In this document: positions 17,551-28,733 of the stretch, piece after piece
Layout of the letters: the number at the start of each line of letters is the position of its first letter
How positions within the stretch are numbered: position 1 is the first letter of the stretch
Assembly: GCA_001244265.2 (NCBI GenBank)
Contig: CDLV01000019.1
Coordinates: forward strand, 248,001-312,000
Source of the DNA: Microbotryum violaceum
Taxonomy: Eukaryota
Direction of reading: 5' to 3'
Length of the DNA: 64,000 bases
Notes under the pieces: generated by a model
Databases searched by the model: none
What the model saw: only the letters and a program-made list of their open reading frames with translations
Told to the model about the DNA's origin: nothing
Position numbers and translations under genes: made by a program

Positions 17551-19040
17551 GATAGAGCTGGGGAAAGGAGGAAGCCCCCATAAGAAAACAGAGGACATGC
17601 ATCAGCTTAGGGTCCCTGTTCGCAGTGTGCAGGTACGATGAACATGGCGCGAACAAGAGCGCTACCACAATCTGGCTCAGCGAAGGCCAATCGCGGCTCC
17701 GCGCCAGCACGCGGGCGGTTGGCCTCGCGGCGTCACGCTACCTTGTGTTGCCGGACCATGCGAGTCGCACCAGGGCAACGGCAGATCGAACACAGGTGTG
17801 TGCACAAGTACCGTCGAGCAAGAGGTGAAGACGAGTAGCCCCACAGTGACAGTGAACGAAGTCCACTCTCTGCACGTCGGGCGTATTGTACACGTCGAGC
17901 TTGATCGCACCGGCGCACCGCCCGCCCCTCACGCAGCTTTTTTCCTCCGCGCGAGTTCCCGCTCGCTCGCACTCGCACCTACGCCGGCCGGCCATACCCG
18001 TTCCAACGCCAGTGACAAAACATGACCCTAGTCGTCGAAGCGTCCAAGAAACGTGACTCGGGCGGCCAAGAGACTCACAAGTTCCTGTGGTGGGGAGGGT
18101 GTGGAAAGGCGTGAGTATGGGAGCGGAGGAAATCCAGCGCTCGCCTCGAGACTGCCTCGAGGTAGTCAGCGACAGCCTCGCGCTCGGACCACCCCAGAAC
18201 CACCTTTAGGTGCAACCATAAACTACTTGGCTGCACTTTGATGGCAACCAGGCAAAATTTGCAGGCGGATCTCGACTTGAGGTAAAACGATGCAGTAGTG
18301 CGACTTCATCTTTCAATCTCTTTTTTTGTTTCTACATTTTGAGGAAAGTTGATTACTTCTAATGCCGGTAGAGCACTATTACTCTGACAGCCCAAGTCAC
18401 CGCTCGCTCCAAATCAATTCTTCGACCCTACATGATAGTGAAGCACGCCCCGGGTGTGCCCATATTCTTCCATGTTATCACAAATATCGACCTACCGCTT
18501 TACCCTATGTAAGCTTTCGGCTCGAAACGGCGACGGCGGCTCCCCAGCGTTGATTCCTGTCCGATTCGCCATTTCGAGATTCGTCGAATGCCCGGTCGGC
18601 CGCAGCTATAGCACCCACCCAAGCACCGTTCATTCCTGATCGACTTTCTTCAGACGCAGACACTGGTGATTTTGCCGCGATGGGCCTCGGCGGAGCCAGT
18701 CTGACGATCTTAGGTCGAATGCCAGGAGTAATAGTAGACGCCTCACCTTGTTGGCTCTTGGAGTCCGCGGTAACAACTTGAAGAGTTTTTGATCCGTTTG
18801 GCATCGAACTAGAGGTTCAACATTATATGAATTCGAATAATGGACCATCTCGCCCCTGAGATACAAGTGAAGCAAAATAGCCAAGGGGGTAGAAGAGCCC
18901 GGGATGTCAACCCTGGTTGGAACTCTAGATCTCACCGGTGAAGCCGGTGAAGCGCGCGATCGGCTCCAAGCGCCGGGTGAACACTAGCCCGGGGTCGCTC
19001 GGGTTCGCACTGAGTTCGCTCCGCAGCACGAACTCGAACC

Positions 19041-20338
19041 ATGGTTTACTTCTACAATTGCACGGCGTTTGGGGAGGGTAAAACGGTGACAATATACGCA
19101 GGCAAAGAAAAAGTAAGGCTTCCCTTATACATCTGAATGTGTTTGGCCGCGAGCTGATCGTTTGGGTCGGTCCGACCGGTCGTCCGTCTTGCAGAATGAA
19201 AGTAAGCCGTGCATCTGGACAACGTCCTCCACCACACTGCTCACGATCGCATCAGCTTTAAGCGGTTGTTCGCAGACGAAGATCTTATACGTTATGCGCT
19301 ACCGCAGGGTACGTGAGCACCTGGCAGTGGACGCCTCGCCCGATCACGTGTTCAAGCTGTCGACGAGCATCACTGCAATCCGCCCGACGTAGCGTTGACC
19401 AGCCACTGACGGGTCTGCTCTTACCAGCAGACGTTTGGGTCCATGTTGACAAGCTCTCCTCGCCACACATCTATATCCGTTTCCCCACGTGGATTCCGTC
19501 GTAGGAAGCGATCCCAAAATCGGTACTTGACGATGCCGCCCAGCTGGTGAAAGCCGGGTCGATCCAGGTGGGCTGGGCTGATTTGGCGCAACGAGTCGGA
19601 AACGTTGGATTCGATCACAGATCTGATGAACAACATATCCTTTACGGGTCTTTGCGAGTCAGCGTAACAAAAAAGACAACATCACCGTGATCTATACGCC
19701 AGCGAGCAATCTTCTCAAAACCGTGGAGATGGATGTGGGGACAGGTCAGTGATTTGGACCCCAAAGTCGTCACATCACATAACAGCTCCTCCGGTGGCTC
19801 AAACGTAACAACCGAAGTCGTTGTCGTCGTCTTCTTTGTGGAGAAGGCTAAGACACTATATCACCGCACTCTTACCTCAGTCTCGTTCAAAAACGATCGA
19901 CTCGTTCGACGGGTCTACGTCGCTGAGCACATCAACGCCATCGTCAACCGGCTGAACAAAACACGGGTTGAAAGAGTCGTCGATCATGAGGCTGAGAAGA
20001 TTGAAAGGGAACAGACGGAGGCAAAGGAGAGGAGACTGGAGTCGAATGAAAGGGTACGTTGCGTGTACTGCCTTTTCGCGGGTCTAGGCATGGCGAACAT
20101 CAAGCTTTGTCGCAAATTGGTTTTGACGACGCCAACTATTCGACTAACTCTTTGTTGCTGCGATTGACAGAGGAACAGGGAGCTGGAATTAAGCCGACTG
20201 AGAAAGGCCGAATCCGAGTCTAGGGATTACTCAAGGCTACACGAGACGAAAGCTGCGCTAAGCTACGAGGAGGAGGAAGCCGAATGGAACAGTCGCCAGA
20301 AAGATGGCGAATTTGATCCCGATGAGGATTTCATGTAG
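19041..20338 (+). pseudogene. CCDC25: CCDC25/JLP2 (NFACT-R, DUF814) homolog with a premature stop
   Basis: Spliced product MVYFY..IYAGKEKNENEDLIRY..DVWVHVDKLSSPHIYIR..AQLVKAGSIQ.NKKDNITVIYTP..NRLNKTR..DEDFM*. In-frame TAG at 19502-19504. Includes a 7-nt micro-exon near 19195-19201. Confidence 0.8.
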
Positions 20339-20546
20339 TCCTACTAAGTTGAGACCGCAACGCAAATATCACCAACCTCCGACTACGATTGCAGAGCCCA
20401 GGCCAGCATGTCCAAAATAACGTGCAAGGGTCGGAGATCCCCCCGTGTCCCTCTTTCCCCCCCCCCCCCCCCCCGCGAGGGCTTTTTATCGGCTTCCGCA
20501 CGCGAGATCGACGTGCCCCACGTGCTAGTTGCTCATCCCGAACACG

Positions 20547-21763
20547 ATGAAGCGACTTATCACACTCTATGTCGTGTCCTTTGGAGTCGCAGTCACAAGC
20601 TTCTCGCTTGCGCTCGCAGGCCTGCTGCAGCCAAAATGGTCAGTCGCAATGTGCAGTATGCCTCGCGTGATGGATCGCATCGACCGTCCTCGAGTGGTAG
20701 CCAGCTCGGACGGGCTTTCGCATCGAGTCACCCGGTGTACTGGGCGGCCTGGGTGACCACTGGAAGCTGTTCCACGTCAAGTTAGATTGAATGTGCGAGG
20801 CATCACGACAGCTCACAAACCCGTCTCCTCCATCGGAAGGCTGGTGCGCTCCTGGCTGCCCGCGATGACATCATCATCAGATCGGAACCGAAGAATCTCG
20901 CCCGTAGCTTATCGGGGGACTTCGTCTGCCTCATCCTATTCCCTGTGTACAGGATCCACTTTGCTACGCCGCACAGTAGTCCTCTCGAGCTGTCGACCAA
21001 TTTTGGACTCTTCCAGCGGTGCGACTCCTCACAGTGGACCGGCGCTCGAGTCACGTGTCGCCGCTTTCCTACGCGCCATCAAGACTGTCAGGCTCCAGGC
21101 CTGAGTGCAGTAGACAAGGCGACCTTGCACTCCCTATTTCATGATCCTGCCTCGACCCCCGAGAGCACAAGTGGGTTATCCATCCGCCCGAGCGCGCTTG
21201 AGCTTCAGGCCCTTCTCGGAGCAGTCCCCGCCGACACCAACGATGCATGGGGCTTTTGCGATAGCTGGATTAGTGCCGGGTAGGTTGACTACACGCCCTC
21301 CTGAAGAAATCGGCGTCGGTGTGTGATGATGCACTTGAGAAATGCTGATCCACCTCTGTGCAACCTTTGCCGATACTCGCCTTTGCCGTTCGGACCTATG
21401 CGACTCGGACACTTTCTCGGACGACACAGGTACTTTCAGCAGCTAAGCCTCGTGCTTGGATTCGCCGCTGTCATCGCGTGCTTTGCTGCGATCGTGACAC
21501 CTCTGCACTCACGGCGCAAGCCGTACCGGTTGATCTCCTCACTCCTGTTTGGACACGCGGTCGCGCTCATCGCCTCGACCTCCCTCGTTGCACACGAGTT
21601 CAACACATCCGACCGCTTCGTGTATGGATCGAGACTAGCACAATCCTTCGTCATGAGCACTACGGCTTGGTCAATGGACGTGGTCGTGGTCGCCACGCTC
21701 GTCTTGGTGATTGGGTTTCTCAAGGTCGGGGATGAGGGAGGCTACGAGCGGATTCAGGATTGA
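20547..21763 (+). CDS. Tetraspan membrane protein (claudin/SUR7-PalI-like), 3 exons
   Basis: TM1 followed by W...FGLFQRC...C..FP...C loop, FCDSWISAG, then three more hydrophobic helices. Introns ~20639-20952 and ~21280-21429 restore the frame. Confidence 0.7.
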
Positions 21764-22449
21764 GAGGCCCATGTGATACCCGGTCCGACGTGTCGTGTTG
21801 CCTTCATGTGCTAGGTGGATTATGAGATGTTTGCAGTCTATGAAAATCACTCTTTGTTTCTTGATATGCTCATGCTATTTGCTGCAGATGGTGAATCCAG
21901 CGTCTATCTCAAAAGTCTCAGTCGTTGGAGGTCGTTGGTCGTGGGGCAACTCTCACCAGGTGACGCAGTCTGGTCCCTCCTCTCTTTCCGCACCACCTCA
22001 CGCGTTGCGAGAGTCGCGACGGTCACGTTCCTTATGAGTCGTATGGATTCTCCTTTATTAAACCCGGTCTCGAACTGGTCTCGAGTCTTGGTACCCTCTC
22101 AGGCGAAGTGCCACTGCATTCTCGCGCGCTACCGTTGAGCCCACCTCGATCAACTCCCAGCAGCGTCATCAGAGAGTCTTTGATACGCTCTTCGTCGAGA
22201 TCAGCCATTCATGAGCAGGCTAGTATTCCACCATTGGGTACATATCTTGGGGGTCACGTCTGCCACATGTGAGTTGTCCTGCTACGTACGGATCCACCAT
22301 CGACGCCACTAGAGCCGAGTCCTCTTGCCAGCCTTCTGTTGTATTGCCCCTCAGTCTCATTTTGGACCACGATCTTGACGTTATTCTATCTAAAATTTTG
22401 GAGGATGTTGTTGGCGGCGATTTGGGTGGCCAAGGCCTCGTGTAAACCC

Positions 22450-23330
22450 TTAGCTAGATTCGTACCACATGGACTCGTCCTCCGGCGGAAAGCTCAGTGG
22501 GACTAACAAGTCGCTAATCGCAAGTTCTGACATAGTACTGTGGTACCCGGGATCCCGTCGGAGGCATTCCCGACATAGCGGGCCGGGCTCAGGTAGTCTC
22601 GGGATTCCGCGGGAGACATTTCCGACATAGCGGGCCCCGCCAGGAGTCATTCCGGTTGTAGCGGGGTCGCGTCATTTTAGCGGGGTCTGTGGTACTCGGG
22701 ATTCCGTCGGAAGCAGCGGTTGTAGCGGAGTTGTTTCGGTCGAAGCAGGGTCGAGTTCCGAAGTCGTTTCGAGGGCCGAGTCGGGAGTCGTTTCAATTTC
22801 CACTAGTCCGGGCAGGATCAAAACGCCGGTTATGGCAGATTTCTCAGCGGTTAAGCGGTCCCGGATAAACTCAGTACTTCGGTGACTCAAGGCTTGACTG
22901 TCAGCGACGAATCATGTGGCGGGATTTGAACGGAAGACCGGGCCGGATGCGCGGACGAAGGGATGAAGGGTTATGAAAGGAGCGCAACGGTTTGAATGGT
23001 CGGAACGTTTGAGGGGAGTTTGCTTCTGGTTCTTAGGAAGGTCACTTCTAGGATCCAATACAGCATCTTAGCTGATTCTCACTTTCTGCGTGTTGCAAGT
23101 CTCGTCTCTCGTCTCCAGTCTCCGGTCTCGGCGTTTCGTTCTCGTACTCGGTCTCGTTTCTCGGTTTGGGCCCCTTTCTCGTCTCTCGTCTCTCGGCCGT
23201 TCCGGTCGCTCTCTCGTCTCTCGGCCGTTCCGGTCGCTCTCTCGTCTCTCTCTCCCGTATCTCGTCTCCCTCGTCTTCGGTCTCGGTTCCATCGTTTTTT
23301 CCCTTATCATTCCATTTCATCTTTGATCGA
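22450..23330 (-). repeat. Degenerate repeat-rich relic (possible TE remnant)
   Basis: Three related ~45-50 bp units at about 22538-22730, a TCTCG-rich tract at 23095-23290 with a 28-bp duplication, and only stop-riddled ORFs. Confidence 0.45.
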
Positions 23331-24548
23331 CCGCTTTGCTATACCATAGTACCCGTGGCCGTGGCATTACAGGGCAAAGAAGGCTGCGACTAGGGTTCTT
23401 TTCTTCAAGATCGTCGTCGAGCTGCCCCTTGTCCAGGTCCTCAATCTAGTACGTTCGTCGTTTTTGACTTCGCATCGAGACTCGTGTTCCAGCCAAGGTG
23501 CTGGCTTTTACAAAGTCGTGGTCTACCCCTCGGTCGCAGGGCTTTCAATTACAGCCCTGGCCATCGAACACTGTTCTTCGTTCGACTTCGGGGTCAACTT
23601 CCCCGCTCGCGCCGGGCTGTGTCTTGTCAGTGGCGTCATTGCTCGTGAGCCTTCTCGGCGCTTCTCGGGTCTAAAGTTGAGGACTTCAAACTGAAGGAGG
23701 TGCGACCCACACCGACAGTCTTGGGTCACCAAACTGTTGACGCGGGCCTTTTCTACCTCATCACTGCGCTGGTGGTCTAGGCTATCGCTGCAGCGTAGTG
23801 TCACTGGAGACCCCGGTGTACATCCTGCCCATGTACGCCGAATCGCCGAGTGTTTGCCTCACACGAGCGCAGCAACGCTAAACATGAGGTTTGTGGCATA
23901 TTTCACCTGCACCAAGGGGCAAAACTTCGACGGCGGAAAAAATTAAGCTGTTCGGCAACCCCGAGTTCATCGCGTTTGATGCATGCTGGGAGGGCGTAGG
24001 TCGTACACTTGCTTGACCAATTCGACTTTATCAGAGGTCACAGTTTGCGCATCCTCAAAATTTGCTATGCTGCGCACAGTGGACAATTAAATGAGTCAAG
24101 AAATCAGATCCGGGGGATCAGATGTGAAGTCGGGTTCCAGCAGCGCCGGCGTGCCGTCTTGTGCAAAGTAAGGAGAAGATAGGAGTCTCTGAAGAAGACC
24201 AAGCCCTCCCAGCGACCGAAGCCTCGCCACTAGATAGATTGGCCATACCTAGCATTTCACTCCCTCCCTCGACAAAATGTAGACCGATGCCGTTCATATC
24301 ATAGCCAATGCGTAAACCTCACTTTCGGAAAGAATCACGTAGAGCCTTTGTCTCGATTAGCTTTGATGAGCTTTTCACTATGTATGGTATGCTTTCCGAA
24401 CGACGCGGGGTGGAATTACGCCAAGGGTAGCAAGAGTGTGATCGACAAATAAGCGAACCCCAGGATCCGACATTACTTAGAGCTCTGCTGCACTGTGGTG
24501 GTGTTGTCTCCAGCAGTTGCACTGTGGAGAAGGAGGGAGAAGGAATGC

Positions 24549-25601
24549 TCAGTCGCGCAGGACTGTGACGCTCCGCATGCGACTGCAAACGCGTACAAGT
24601 GACTTACGTGGCACGATTTGACGGCCGGTCGTTGTTAGAGCAGGCCCGGTGATAGTGATTGCCGCCGCCGGAGTCATAGTTGCGGCCGAAGTTGTGGTTG
24701 CGACTGCAGCTGGGGTCGTTGTTATAGAAATCGTTGTCGATGTTGTTGTGCTTGTCACCAAGGGTGTGGTAGTCGGAGCGGCGGCCGAGCTGGGAGTAGT
24801 GGTGGAAGGGGCTGCGGAAGTCTTGGTCGCTGTGGCCGAAGGGGGGGATGATGAGATGATGATTGCAGAAGAAGTAGCAGGAGGATGGAGACGAGACGAA
24901 CTGTTGGTGGTTGTGGGGACGATTGACCGCGTGGTTGTTGAAGAAGCAGCTGCAGTGGTGGCTGCAGGGGTCATCGAGGACGTTGCGGGGGTAGTCGCCG
25001 CCGATGCCGTGACGGTGCCGAAGCTCAAACTGGTCTGCGTGACTACGATGACAGTCGTCTGTGCCGCACTCCTTGAAGCAGCCTCATCGGCACTACTCTT
25101 GCTCGATGCACTTGCGATCGAGCTTAATCTAGCTTCGTCGCTCTGCGTCGCCGACGAGTTTCTTTTGAGTCCAACTCCAAGTCCAACGCCCAATGCGACC
25201 CCCAACCCAACGAGAGCAAGCAGGACGAGGCCGATGATGGTCCGTTTCCGTTGCAGGAAACGCTTGTTCTCGTCGTAGCCTCCCTCCCATGCCGCCTCGT
25301 CGAGATGCGAGCCAGGTGATCGCTCGCCGCCATGAGGCGACCAGTAGGTGCCCGAGGTAGCGGCCGCACCGGACGCCGCACTCAACGGCCGTTGGTACTG
25401 ATTCGCTTCAGACATGTCGGTAGGGTGCGTCTCGTGGGTGTTGTGGGCATGTTCCGGGTAGTTGTCGGTATGGGAAAGCGGGACCGAGTTGTATGCTTGC
25501 TGCGGCTCGTAAGGGTCGTAGAATTGCTGTTGAGGTTGCGAATGGACAGGGCTCTCGTTGCCATAAGCGTCCGGATATTGGTAATGGCCGGATTGGGACA
25601 T
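24549..25601 (-). CDS. Single-pass membrane protein with a Ser/Thr-rich mucin-like region
   Basis: Y/P/Q-rich N-terminus, RKR then a TM segment (IIGLVLLALVGLGVALGVGLGVGL), then a S/T/A/P-rich tail. A probable intron donor at 24607 leaves the true 3' end uncertain (possibly 24319). Confidence 0.7.
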   Translation of the reverse strand: MSQSGHYQYPDAYGNESPVHSQPQQQFYDPYEPQQAYNSVPLSHTDNYPEHAHNTHETHPTDMSEANQYQRPLSAASGAAATSGTYWSPHGGERSPGSHLDEAAWEGGYDENKRFLQRKRTIIGLVLLALVGLGVALGVGLGVGLKRNSSATQSDEARLSSIASASSKSSADEAASRSAAQTTVIVVTQTSLSFGTVTASAATTPATSSMTPAATTAAASSTTTRSIVPTTTNSSSRLHPPATSSAIIISSSPPSATATKTSAAPSTTTPSSAAAPTTTPLVTSTTTSTTISITTTPAAVATTTSAATMTPAAAITITGPALTTTGRQIVPRKSLVRVCSRMRSVTVLRD

Positions 25602-25975
25602 CGCGAAAGGAGTGCAGCAGAGTGTTGTAGGAGGTGTCCTATGTCCGTGCTCGTCTCAAAGTGGAGGCGGCTGTGCTGTGCATTGAGCGCTCCGCAATCT
25701 GAACGCCTGAGCCGCCGAATGCACGGGGATCGCCAAGCGCGAAGCTCGAAGGGTCGCCGAAGCGATTGGTCGGACTCCGAAGTAGTACGCGATGGGGCGA
25801 GGGCTCGATGAACGGCCTCGGTAGCCGGAGTTGCCGTTTGTGGATCAAGGAAGACAACAAGGGATGTGTGCTAGAGGTTTGAGCGCCAAACGTCGAGTTG
25901 TACGGTCAGAAGGGCAGGGCAGCAATTGGGCAGCAGCAGATGGCGATGCGAATCGCCTGCGATGCCTCTGCGCCC

Positions 25976-26033
25976 GCCAGAGCTTGCCAGAGTCTGCCAG
26001 AGTCCGCCAAAGTCTGCCAGAGTCTGCCAGAGT
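25976..26033. repeat. 10-bp tandem repeat (GCCAGAGTCT) x~6 in a divergent promoter
   Basis: gccagagctt gccagagtct gccagagtcc gccaaagtct gccagagtct gccagagt. Confidence 0.9.
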
Positions 26034-26260
26034 GCGCACTTCTGCACTCCGCCAGGTCCGCAAGCGCTAGACTTTGAAGTCTGCCGGATCTGCCAGGTAA
26101 CAACCAATTTGACCGTTGGGGCAGGCGATCGTCACCTGATGGAGCTGCAGCTGCGGCCGACGACTGCCTGGCTCGGTAATTGGAGTCTGTGGAGCATATC
26201 GGAAGCTTCATACTTTGTCCCAGCGCAGAAGCCGTTAATAATTGAGACTCTTACGCAAAG

Positions 26261-28414
26261 ATGGAAAATGAGAAAACATACGTAGGCGCCGCGGCTGATA
26301 GTGCATATACTCACCCTCTACTCGCAGCTCCGGTTTCAGCGACTCGATCTCGGCGACTTCAGTGGCTTCAACGATTTAGCTCTCAGTTCGCGCTCCGGAT
26401 CCCTCCTCGCTCGCGACTTTCTCGCCCTGACCTCGGCGGATTCAATGTCACCCGGAATGGCGATTGTAGCACCAAATGCTTCTTTGTTGCGCTTCTCACT
26501 CATGCCGCCGCTATCGACGTCGACCTCTCCGACGGCGTGTCTCGTCGCTCGTCTAGATCTACGTCAACGGTCTACAATCGTAGAACCCAGGCTTGACCGT
26601 CTTCGGAGCACGGCGATCTCAGCGTCTACTTCAGCAATCTTGGTGGAAGAGCTGCGTTTTGCGAGCGAGCTGACATCGGTGGAGGTCTATAGAATTCTGG
26701 ACCCTGGAAACAAGTCAGTCCTCGAGCTCCATCTGGGCCAGCAACTTGTCGCCGTCGATGATCTGTGGGCTATGCCAAGCACTGCAGCGCTGACGAGTGG
26801 AGTTTGTGCGTTGATCGATTTTGCTCCCCATTCCAGAGAACCCTTTGTTTCCCTTTCGCGTATCTTTCTGGCGTGCCAGATATCTCCCATTGAGGGACTC
26901 ATGCGATTCAAGCTTGTCCGGCCGACTGATTATGATTCCAGCTTGGGTGGGATAGCGCCGTGTAAGTACCCAAACTGTACTCGAAAGGGATTGATAATTG
27001 ACGCGACGCCATTCCGGGCCGCTAGTTCGAGACATTTGGGTCCCTTTGAAACTCGCTGCGTCAATCGCGAACGAGTTGCATGTGGCCGACGAACTTTCGG
27101 CGTTGCTTGAATGGAGCACTAGAAAGGCCTTCACTGTCGAGGACAAGGAGGAGGGCGGAATCGTGCACAAGTGAGTGTTGACAATCTCATGCTTAATTTT
27201 CACTTACCCCGGTGATTTTGAATTCTGTGCCGGCCTCAGTTGGAAGATTTCGAGTGATCGCATTGATCCTGTTCACTACAGTACATCCACGATGCTCAGG
27301 TGAGTGAACCACTCATGGTGCCGCGGGGTACTTGACCTAACCTGCTCCATTCGTCTTTCCCTGACACATGTCGGTGTTTTGATGCAGCACTCGTTTCCCA
27401 CGTGTTCACCTCCTTCCCTCGGGTAATCAAGTTCGAACATTGATGCCTTCTTCGCTTCCTTACAAAGCCCCGCCGGGAGCCTTCCCCTCGTCCTTCGACG
27501 AGCTCTGGTCCCATACCGTCACTTGGTCAATCCAGCTGTACGAAGAATACCTCGAAGTCTTCGAAATTGAGCACGATGACTCTGTACTTGGATCCGTCTC
27601 TTCTGGCAGTTCAACAGCGAAGAAGGCCGTCGACCGCGGTCCTCCTGATCTGACTCCATCGTTTGTCTTCAGTTCACTCTTCACGCTGTTATCTCTGATG
27701 GACGAGCTGCCGACGGCAACGCGGAATGTGCGGCAACGAATAGGGAATTCATATGAACTTCCAAACGGGTTCAAGTTGAGCAAGGGCGACCTACTCGGAG
27801 CCACAGGATCGAGTGCCGCATCAACAAATTTGAGATCAAAGCTTGCGTTGGTTGATGCGATTTCAAGGTTGGTCGCGAAGGAATGGAGACTGAGTTTCTG
27901 CAAACGAGCTGCAGCCAAGAGGAATCACCGAAGTCAGGCATCAGGTGATGGCCCTGATAGTGACGATGGCGTTTCAGAGGATCGGGATTGGGTGGCTATG
28001 CGACACAAGGTGGACAAGATCGAAAGAGAACTGGCTGCGCTGTCAGACCGGGCGATAGATGTCGCATCACCGCTGCGGCGGGGTGATGTCGACATAACAG
28101 CCCTTCAGGACGGATTTCACACTCTATCGTCACAGGTCTCGCAGCTCGAGCATCGCCTACGCATTCTGACTAGTCTGACGTCGTATCCGAGTTCTGCATC
28201 GGCCACTTCAGTTCCAGCGCCGCTACCGGCGCTTGAGGGGGAGGGACATGAGGCGAGTCGGACGAAGAACTCGTCTCAAAATCTCAAATCGGGTGTTGCT
28301 CCTTTGCGGCACCAGAGCAGCCAAGGTTCGGTGGGGCACGTGGTGCCGTGGCTCGTTCTCGGCGCCGTCGGAGCGTGGACTGCGTACTCCTATTATCTAG
28401 TAGCGGCGCTCTGA
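26261..28414 (+). CDS. KilA-N/APSES-like domain protein with coiled coil and C-terminal TM anchor (Bqt4-like architecture)
   Basis: Introns 26282-26327, 26714-26836, 26962-27025, 27171-27239 and 27300-27387 join ORFs 26301 and 27440 in frame. This gives EPFVSLSRIFLAC...DIWVPLKLAASIANELHVADELSALL and a terminal hydrophobic helix. The start codon is uncertain. Confidence 0.65.
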
Positions 28415-28592
28415 GCGAAGCTCCTACGCGGAGGGCCGTCTAACATTTTGAGATGCCCACCTACAGGGGAAACAGAACCGTTCTAGCAACCAATACACAT
28501 AGCTGCTTTGCTCCATGATAGTTGAAACGACGATCTTCGCGGCCACCGTTCGGGGGTACTGCTCACTGTTCAGCCCAACCGCGTCTGCGCTT

Positions 28593-28601
28593 ATGACGTA
28601 A
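28593..28601. promoter_or_regulatory. ATF/CRE-type bZIP site (ATGACGTAA)
   Basis: Match to a CRE-type motif about 135 bp upstream of the SDR start codon. Function unproven. Confidence 0.35.
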
Positions 28602-28733
28602 TTGACCGACTAACGGGCGGCGCGCGCTGCTAAAATTCGCGAGACGGAACGCGGCGATGGCCCGCCGTCTGACTTTGCTTCGCTTGTCATCTTTGCAGCT
28701 CCCATCGCAACACTCACGACCCCACTAGCCGCC

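Noticed and set aside
16822-17583. Long antisense ORFs over RPL4 and other genes
   Set aside because: Shadow ORFs from GC-rich codon bias.
18300-18940. Possible small spliced gene
   Set aside because: Splice-like sites are present, but no consistent open frame or recognisable motif.
21323-21350. Box C/D snoRNA in intron 2 of the tetraspan gene
   Set aside because: GTGATGA and one CTGA only; no terminal D box or recognisable guide.
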